From assembly GCF_035285525.1 (NCBI RefSeq), contig NZ_JAYKGW010000165.1:1-32000 (forward strand): 32,000 bases of DNA, read 5' to 3'. This document shows, piece by piece, positions 25,717 to 32,000 of the stretch. The notes under the pieces were generated by a model. The model was not told the origin of the DNA. It did not search any database and saw only the letters and a program-made list of their open reading frames with translations. Source of the DNA: Okeania sp. (GTDB lineage: Bacteria > Cyanobacteriota > Cyanobacteriia > Cyanobacteriales > Microcoleaceae). Each line of letters opens with the position of its first letter. Positions within the stretch are counted from its first letter, which is position 1. The position numbers were made by a program, and so were the translations under genes.

Positions 25717-26598
25717 ATGACAGAATTTTATACTTGGAAAGGATACCGCTGTGCTTATGAATTATATTCTCAAAAACAGGGTGATACTACTCACATACCT
25801 TTATTACTAATACATCCAATTGGTGTTGGTTTATCCAAATTTTTCTGGCATAGATTTTGTTCTTTATGGCAGGAGAAAAATTTCCCCAATCCTATTTACA
25901 ATCCTGATTTATTAGGGTGTGGTGAAAGTGATATGCCATCTGTGGGATATTACCCTGTGGATTGGGCGGAACAATTACAATATTTTTTAGAGACAATTGT
26001 ACAAAAACCAGTAATTGTAATTGTACAGGGTGGTTTATTTCCTGTGGCTGTATCTTTAGTAAAACTGCAACAAAAATCAAATTTAATTGATCGTTTAATT
26101 TTGTCAGGACCTCCTCAATTAGAATTAATGCAAAGAGCTAGTTCAGCTATGACAAATAAATTGAGATGGAATCTTTTTTATTCGCCAATTGGGAAAGCTT
26201 TTTATCGCTATGCACGGAGGAGAAAATTTTTAGATTCTTTCTCCAAAAAACAATTATTTGCTAATCCTAATCAAGTCGATGAAGAATGGTTAGATACTTT
26301 AGAAGAAGGAGCCAAAAATCCCCAAAGTCAATATGCAGTTTTTTCTTTTTTAGCAGGTTTTTGGAGACAGGATTTTAGTCAGGCGATCGCTGAAATAAAT
26401 CAACGGACTTTAGTATTAGTTGGAAATCAAGCATCAACTATTACTAAAACTAAAAAAACTGAAACTCCAGAAGAAAGAATGAATACTTATATAAAATATT
26501 TGCCTCAAGCAAAAGGTAAACAAATATCAGGAAAAAATGTTTTACCTTATGAGTCAACAGCAGAATTTGTTCAATCTGTTAGTGAGTTTTTACCATAG
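25717..26598 (+). CDS. Alpha/beta-hydrolase-fold protein, apparently lacking the nucleophile elbow
   Basis: The layout is typical of the fold (PLLLIHP.G.G...W, L.G.G.SD, strand-turn VIVIVQGGLFPVAV, C-terminal ..LPYESTAEFVQSVSEFL). However, no G-x-S-x-G is present and there is no His at the usual G-H-x-P position. Confidence 0.65.
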   Translation: MTEFYTWKGYRCAYELYSQKQGDTTHIPLLLIHPIGVGLSKFFWHRFCSLWQEKNFPNPIYNPDLLGCGESDMPSVGYYPVDWAEQLQYFLETIVQKPVIVIVQGGLFPVAVSLVKLQQKSNLIDRLILSGPPQLELMQRASSAMTNKLRWNLFYSPIGKAFYRYARRRKFLDSFSKKQLFANPNQVDEEWLDTLEEGAKNPQSQYAVFSFLAGFWRQDFSQAIAEINQRTLVLVGNQASTITKTKKTETPEERMNTYIKYLPQAKGKQISGKNVLPYESTAEFVQSVSEFLP

Positions 26599-26711
26599 AA
26601 ATTTCCATATTTGTGAGGTAAGTTCATTAATTAATAATTAATAATTAGGGCTTGCTGATTAAATATCAAAGTTTTTACTAGCAAAACTTTCAGCATTTAT
26701 AGATACTAAAT

Positions 26712-26814
26712 TCCCTATTTTCTATTGCCTATTGCCTATTTTCTATTGCCTATTCCCTATTGCCTATTGCCTATTGCCTATTCCCTGTTCCCTATTCCCT
26801 ATTCCCTGTTCCCT
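26712..26814. repeat. Long STRR heptamer array (CCTATTG / CCTATTC / CCTGTTC, ~15 units)
   Basis: Direct reading; it ends 38 nt upstream of the kinase start codon. Confidence 0.9.
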
Positions 26815-26852
26815 AATTATTAATTATAACGATCTTTTAGGTATAAAATCAA

Positions 26853-28172
26853 ATGACTATAGTTGAAAATAATAGTAAAAATGAAACACTAAACCCAATT
26901 ATTTTAGTTGTAGATGATAACCAAATAAATGTTAAATTGTTAGTTAGTGTTTTAAAGAAATATAACTTCGATACTTTAGTATCTTTTAGTGGTGAAGATT
27001 GTTTAAAACAAGCAAGAGAAAATAATCCAGATATTATTTTGCTTGATGTTGTGATGCCGGGAATGGATGGTTTTGAAACCTGCAAGCGTTTAAAAGAAAA
27101 TACAGAAACTAAAGATATTCCGGTAATTTTTATGACAGCTTTATCAGAGATAGAAGATAAAATTACTGGGTTTCAACTGGGAGCAGTAGATTATGTTATT
27201 AAACCAATTAAAATAGACGAAGTTTTAGCTAGAATAAAAGTACATACAAAACTGCGAGAATTAAACAAAAAATTAGAGAAAAAAAATATACTACTTGAAG
27301 AAGAAATTCAACAAAGAATAAGAGCAGAAGCAAAGCTGCAAAAAACCTTAGAACAGTTGCAAGTAGCTCAAAAGGAAATTATTGCTAAAGAAAGACTTGC
27401 TTATTTAAGTAATTTAACTTCAGGTATTGCCCATGAACTTTGTAATCCTCTTAATTTTGTTCAGAATTTTGCCCAACTTTCCTCAGAATTATTAGATGAA
27501 TTTATAGAGGAATTAAATTTAGAAACTAATAATATTGAAGCTGAAAGATTTGATGAATTTACAGAAATAATTAATGAGCTAAAACATAATGCAGATGGAA
27601 TTTATCAACATGGTAAAAGAGCTGAAAGAATTATTAAAATGATGGTAAAACACGCCAAACTTCATAATAATCAGTTACGCTCTAGTCAACTGAATCAAAT
27701 TTTACAGGAATCATTGCAAATTGCTAGTGATACTCTCTGGAAAAAACAGAATTTTTCCATCAAAATTAATACAAATTATGATCAGTCAATTGGTGAAGTT
27801 ATTGTATCACATTCTGATATAGTTCAGGCTTTTATCAATATACTTGATAATTCCTATTATGCTCTAAAGTTTAAGTCAGAAAAACAGGAGTCTAATAATC
27901 AAGATTTTATGCCAACTATATCTGTGAAAACTGCCAATTTAGGAAAAAAAGTAGAAATTAAAATTTATGATAATGGAATAGGAATTGATGCCAAAGTTAG
28001 AGATAAAATTTTTAATCCATTTCTCACAACTAAACCGCCTGGAGAGGGAATAGGTTTGGGTTTATCTCTTACTTATCAAATTATTGTTGGGCAACATCAT
28101 GGCAGTATTAAAATAGAAACTGAATTGGGAGAATATACTGAATTTATTATAGAAATTCCTGTCAGAGAATAA
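26853..28172 (+). CDS. Hybrid two-component protein: N-terminal receiver (REC), coiled coil, then HisKA-like and HATPase_c histidine kinase core
   Basis: REC: LVVDDNQ, ILLDVVMPGMDG, FMTAL, DYVIKP. H box SGIAHELCNPLNF. N box ILDNSYYAL. G1 DNGIGI. G2 GEGIGLGLS. There is no TM segment and no recognisable sensor domain. Confidence 0.85.
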   Translation: MTIVENNSKNETLNPIILVVDDNQINVKLLVSVLKKYNFDTLVSFSGEDCLKQARENNPDIILLDVVMPGMDGFETCKRLKENTETKDIPVIFMTALSEIEDKITGFQLGAVDYVIKPIKIDEVLARIKVHTKLRELNKKLEKKNILLEEEIQQRIRAEAKLQKTLEQLQVAQKEIIAKERLAYLSNLTSGIAHELCNPLNFVQNFAQLSSELLDEFIEELNLETNNIEAERFDEFTEIINELKHNADGIYQHGKRAERIIKMMVKHAKLHNNQLRSSQLNQILQESLQIASDTLWKKQNFSIKINTNYDQSIGEVIVSHSDIVQAFINILDNSYYALKFKSEKQESNNQDFMPTISVKTANLGKKVEIKIYDNGIGIDAKVRDKIFNPFLTTKPPGEGIGLGLSLTYQIIVGQHHGSIKIETELGEYTEFIIEIPVRE

Positions 28173-28683
28173 TTAATAATTATCTCTTTATTATAAGGAA
28201 TAGGATTGACTAAAAAGAGTGTTTTTATTTCTCTTGGTCGATATTTTTTGGTAAATATAATAATAGTATAAGGGAAAACTATTGTAGTCAGTTAATGAAA
28301 TTCGCTGTATAATCAGAGTAATGAGGGCTTGCTGAATCAATATAAAAGCCTTTACCAATAAAATTTTTAACATTTTTTTTGTCAAAAAAAGTGCAAAAAG
28401 TTAGGAGAAAAAGTTGAGTATTACAGAAAAATTAAGAGATAATTATTAAAACTAATTCCTTGATAATTCCCATTTTTCCTAACTCTTAACTACTCCCTAC
28501 TCCCTACCTCCACCATCAGACTGAAGAAGCGCAAATCCTAATTAATTGTCCTGTTAAAAAAACTTAAAAGTAAGAAAAAAAGATAAAGATTTAAGTTAGT
28601 AAATTAATTCATTGTAAACTTTTAAAAAAGTACAGTTCCTTGTGTTACCTGTAGAATTTGACAAAATAATTGGAGAAAAATTA

Positions 28684-31008
28684 ATGCAAACTGCCTCTAA
28701 ACCAGAAACAACAATTAACCATTTCCCATTAGAAACTATTACCCTGGATGTGAGTGGGATGAAATGTGCTGGATGTGTCAAAGCAGTCGAACGACAACTG
28801 ACTCAACAAACAGGTGTTGTTTCAGCTCGCGTCAACTTAGCAACCGAAGTCGCAACAGTTGAATGTGAAAAAAACCTGATCGATCCAAATACCCTCGCTC
28901 AAAAACTTACAAATAATGGTTTCCCAACTCAACCCCGTCTCGATACCTCGGAAATAGATGCTGCCCAAAAACAAAGCGAACGTCATCGCCAAGAAATGAA
29001 ACAACAAATTTGGCGAATAGCGATCGCTTCTTTGTTACTACTTTTCTCAGTTATCGGACATTTAGATCATTTCATCGGTGTCAAAATTTCGATCCTGGGA
29101 AATATTTGGTTTCATGCAGCATTAGCTACCACCGCGCTATTATTGCCAGGACGAGAAATTATTATTGATGGTGTCCGTAGTTTGTTACGCAACTCACCCA
29201 ATATGAATACTTTAATTGGTTTAGGTGCTGTGACTGCTTATACTGCTAGTATTGTTGCCTTGTTATTTCCAGGATTGGGGTGGGAATGTTTTTTTGACGA
29301 ACCTGTAATGATTCTTGGTTGCATTCTTTTAGGCAAAACCCTGGAGCAACAAGCAAGATATCGAGCAGCATCTACTTTACATTCATTAATTTCACTGCAA
29401 CCAGCAACCGCACATTTAGTTCCCCCACCCGACGGCAACAATAATTCTTCTGAATCTCTAGAAATCCCTGCTTCACAAGTCAAAGTAGGAGAATATTTAC
29501 AAGTGTTACCTGGAGAAAAATTTCCTGTGGATGGTAAAATATCTGATGGTAAAACCACCGTCGATGAATCTATGTTAACTGGGGAAGCAATACCTGTAGT
29601 CAGAGAAGTTGGCGCGAATGTGGTAGCAGGAACTATTAATAAGTCTAGCGCTATAGTTATGCAGGCAACTCGCACAGGTTCGGAAACTACATTAGCTCAA
29701 ATTGTCAAATTAGTCGAAACTGCCCAAACTAGAAAAGCTCCTATTCAAAATTTAGCAGATACGGTGGCAGGATATTTTACTTATGGCGTAATGACTATTG
29801 CTACTTTGACATTTTTATTCTGGTATTTTGTCGGTACTAATATTTGGTCTCAGGTTTTACAAACATCTAGTCACACAGAAATGATGATGAGTCATTTTAC
29901 TTCTCCTCTACTTTTGAGTTTGAAATTAGCGATCGCTGTTTTGGTTATTGCTTGTCCTTGTGCTTTAGGTTTGGCAACACCTACTGCTATATTGGTAGGT
30001 TCGAGTATAGGAGCGCAAAGGGGTTTATTGATTAAAGGTGGGGATATTTTAGAAAAAGTACATCAGTTAGATACTATCGTTTTCGACAAAACTGGAACTT
30101 TAACTACCGGACATCCGACTGTCACCGATATTATTGGAGATAACCCCAAATGGTTATTAGAGGTTGCTGCTACTGTGGAAAGTGGTGCGAGTCATCCTTT
30201 AGCAGAAGCAATTTTACAAAAAGCAGAGCAAGAAAATGTTACCTTATTGCCAGCAACAGATTTTTATACTGAACCTGGTTTAGGAATATCTGCGGTTGTC
30301 GATGGTAAAACAGCTTTGGTTGGAAACTGGGAATGGTTGCATCAACATCAAATTATAGTTCAGCACGAAAATATTCCTACTTTAGTAGGTAAAACCGCAG
30401 TTTATGTAGCTGTCAATGGAATGTTCTTGGGAGTTATCGGAGTTAGTGATGTTTTGCGGAATGATGCTCAAACAACAGTTAAACTTCTGCAAAATATGGG
30501 TTTAAAAGTAATATTATTAACAGGCGATCGCTCTTCTGTTGCCATAGCTATTGGCAAACAGTTAGGTTTAGCTGCTGACAATATTTTGGCAGAAGTACCA
30601 CCCGAAGGTAAAGCAGAAGCGATCGCTACTTTACAAGCAAAAGGCGAGAAAGTGGGAATGGTAGGAGATGGTATTAATGATGCTCCTGCTCTAGCTCAAG
30701 GGAATGTGGGTATTGGGATGCAAGCAGGTACAGATGTAGCGGTAGAAACTGCTGATATTGTTTTGATGCAGGATAAATTGATGGATGTGGTGGAGTCTAT
30801 TAAACTGAGTCGCACCACTTTTAACAAAATTCGTCAAAATCTATTTTGGGCGTTTGCCTATAATATTGTTGGTATTCCTGTAGCTGCGGGGGTATTGTTA
30901 CCGAGTTTAGGAATAATGCTTAGTCCGGGTGCAGCAGGTGCTTTGATGGCATTTAGTTCAGTCAGTGTAGTGATGAACTCCTTATTATTGCGTAGCACAT
31001 TTCGTTAA
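28684..31008 (+). CDS. ctaA: Copper-translocating P1B-type ATPase (CtaA-like)
   Basis: N-terminal HMA domain GMKCAGCVKAVERQL, TM CPC motif ACPCALGLATP, DKTGTLT, and GDGINDAPAL. ORF track start 28642 is GTG. ATG 28684 (MQTAS..) has GGAG 8 nt upstream. The CtaA versus PacS assignment rests on my recollection of the N-terminal motif. Confidence 0.85.
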   Translation: MQTASKPETTINHFPLETITLDVSGMKCAGCVKAVERQLTQQTGVVSARVNLATEVATVECEKNLIDPNTLAQKLTNNGFPTQPRLDTSEIDAAQKQSERHRQEMKQQIWRIAIASLLLLFSVIGHLDHFIGVKISILGNIWFHAALATTALLLPGREIIIDGVRSLLRNSPNMNTLIGLGAVTAYTASIVALLFPGLGWECFFDEPVMILGCILLGKTLEQQARYRAASTLHSLISLQPATAHLVPPPDGNNNSSESLEIPASQVKVGEYLQVLPGEKFPVDGKISDGKTTVDESMLTGEAIPVVREVGANVVAGTINKSSAIVMQATRTGSETTLAQIVKLVETAQTRKAPIQNLADTVAGYFTYGVMTIATLTFLFWYFVGTNIWSQVLQTSSHTEMMMSHFTSPLLLSLKLAIAVLVIACPCALGLATPTAILVGSSIGAQRGLLIKGGDILEKVHQLDTIVFDKTGTLTTGHPTVTDIIGDNPKWLLEVAATVESGASHPLAEAILQKAEQENVTLLPATDFYTEPGLGISAVVDGKTALVGNWEWLHQHQIIVQHENIPTLVGKTAVYVAVNGMFLGVIGVSDVLRNDAQTTVKLLQNMGLKVILLTGDRSSVAIAIGKQLGLAADNILAEVPPEGKAEAIATLQAKGEKVGMVGDGINDAPALAQGNVGIGMQAGTDVAVETADIVLMQDKLMDVVESIKLSRTTFNKIRQNLFWAFAYNIVGIPVAAGVLLPSLGIMLSPGAAGALMAFSSVSVVMNSLLLRSTFR

Positions 31009-31021
31009 GAATAGAAGAAAA

Positions 31022-31055
31022 ACAGAAGGGAGCATCTTGCTCCCACTGTTTTTTT
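31022..31055 (+). terminator. Rho-independent terminator of the ATPase gene
   Basis: ACAG-AA-GGGAGCA tct TGCTCCC-A-CTGT followed by TTTTTTT, starting 14 nt after the stop codon. Confidence 0.8.
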
Positions 31056-31401
31056 GAGGAAAATTTAGGTGGTGGACTGATAAATCTAAAATGCTGCATT
31101 AGTCGTAGGTTGGGTTGAGGTACGAAACCCAACACAATTAACGAAGTCAGAACTCAGAAGTCTGAAGACTCTATATATAGAGCCTTTCGTAAGTCCTGTG
31201 TGAAAAAGATTCAGCACTCCCCCCTCAAGAAGCATTGATTAGGGTTAGTTTTAGGAGCTAGTAGTTGATAGTGGTGTGGTGCGTTACGTTTCACTAACGC
31301 ACCCTACTAGATTAACACTAATAACTGATAACTGAAGATGCTCCCACTGTTATTTTGAGGAAAATTTTTGAGGTTTTTCGGCTCAAAACTGATAACTGAA
31401 A

Positions 31402-31498
31402 CCGGAATTACGCAAAGACTCTACATATAGATATAGTGTTGAAAAACTATTGTACAATAGTTTTAGACTCTACATTTAGTATATATGTGTAAGTTCTG
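31402..31498. mobile_element. MITE, diverged TIRs (CCGGAATTACGCA .. TGTGTAAGTTCTG), AAAACTATTGTACAATAGTTTT palindromic core
   Basis: It shares the 22-nt perfect palindrome core with 31667-31757. Confidence 0.6.
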
Positions 31499-31508
31499 TG
31501 AAATAAAC

Positions 31509-31546
31509 ACAGAAGGGAGCAAGATGCTCCCACTGTTTTTTTTGAG
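31509..31546 (+). terminator. Duplicate copy of the ATPase terminator module with the loop inverted (aga instead of tct)
   Basis: ACAGAAGGGAGCA aga TGCTCCCACTGTTTTTTTT. A 5'-truncated copy lies at 31334-31367. Confidence 0.6.
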
Positions 31547-31666
31547 CAAGAATCGACTTGAGCAGTTGTCCCTATCGACGAAGCGGAAGCAATCTCGTGA
31601 AACCTCTGAGATTCCTATCCTTCCACTCCGTTCCAGTCGCAATGACTTAGACATATTAATCAAGAT

Positions 31667-31757
31667 CAGGACTTACACGGGATGTACTATATATAGATCA
31701 AAAAAACTATTGTACAATAGTTTTGAACGCTATATGTAGCGTCTATGCGTAAGTCCT
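31667..31757. mobile_element. MITE, CAGGACTTACGCA-TIR family (palindromic-core subtype)
   Basis: CAGGACTTACACGGG ... GTCTATGCGTAAGTCCT. Confidence 0.7.
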
Positions 31758-31890
31758 AAAGATTTGACAGCGGTTTTAAAATCAATAAACCACATCGCCA
31801 TCAAAGAAATGTGCTAAATTATATGACAAGTGCTATAAATTGAATCATCTTCCATAGTAAAATATTCTCAAGGTAACATAATAAACATTA

Positions 31891-31983
31891 CAGGACTTAC
31901 GCATTGGTAAGGAGTTTGGGTCATTTGAAATTGCTTCACTCCTCGCGAGCAATGACAGAAACGCGTTGTTCTGCATAAGTCCT
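31891..31983. mobile_element. MITE, short deletion derivative of the 10823-10976 type
   Basis: CAGGACTTACGCATTGGTAAGGAGTTTGGGTCATTTGAAATTGCTTC..ATGACAGAAACGCGTTGTTCTGCATAAGTCCT. It is collinear with 10823-10976 except for the missing GC-rich core. Confidence 0.7.
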
Positions 31984-32000
31984 ATATTAGATAGTAATAT

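Noticed and set aside
31463-31739. ORFs 31463-31663 (-) and 31485-31739 (+)
   Set aside because: They overlap each other and consist of MITE and duplicated terminator sequence.

Overview
AT-rich chromosomal window with the hallmarks of a heterocyst-forming (Nostocales-type) cyanobacterium. HIP1 octamers (GCGATCGC) occur inside genes, heptameric STRR arrays fill almost every spacer, and there are many small TIR-bounded MITEs. The taxon call is an inference from these repeats.

Gene content, left to right:
- 447-12459 looks like an accessory glycan-modification island. Three tandem GT8-like paralogues (1995-5033, minus strand) are bracketed by two paralogous ~265-aa DxD proteins on opposite strands. 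The island also holds one intact and one decayed ExoV-type pyruvyl transferase, another DxD protein and a GT4 glycosyltransferase. These are separated by 0.7-1.4 kb ORF-free, repeat-filled spacers.
- A DUF1823-like gene and gap.
- A HAD phosphatase, a divergent Gfo/Idh/MocA-like oxidoreductase and a frameshifted cupin.
- A GT-C (GT39-like) membrane glycosyltransferase with a UPF0104 flippase-like partner.
- An Rpn (PD-(D/E)XK) nuclease/transposase-like gene.
- A 737-aa repeat-rich TonB-family protein.
- An alpha/beta-fold protein with no visible catalytic Ser or His.
- A receiver-first hybrid histidine kinase and a CtaA-like Cu(I) P1B-ATPase.

I saw no rRNA, tRNA or CRISPR array.

Most notable observations:
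1. The paralogue-expanded, functionally uncharacterised DxD/GT8-like cluster, which shows birth-and-death signs.
2. A conserved ACGGTTCCCGAWAAATC box present 7 times in unrelated intergenic contexts.
3. Tandem 56-bp and 193-bp repeats around the flippase-like/GT39 pair.
4. A cupin gene interrupted at an A6 run.
5. A triplicated terminator module with an inverted loop downstream of the ATPase.

All functional calls come from motif recognition by eye. No searches were run.
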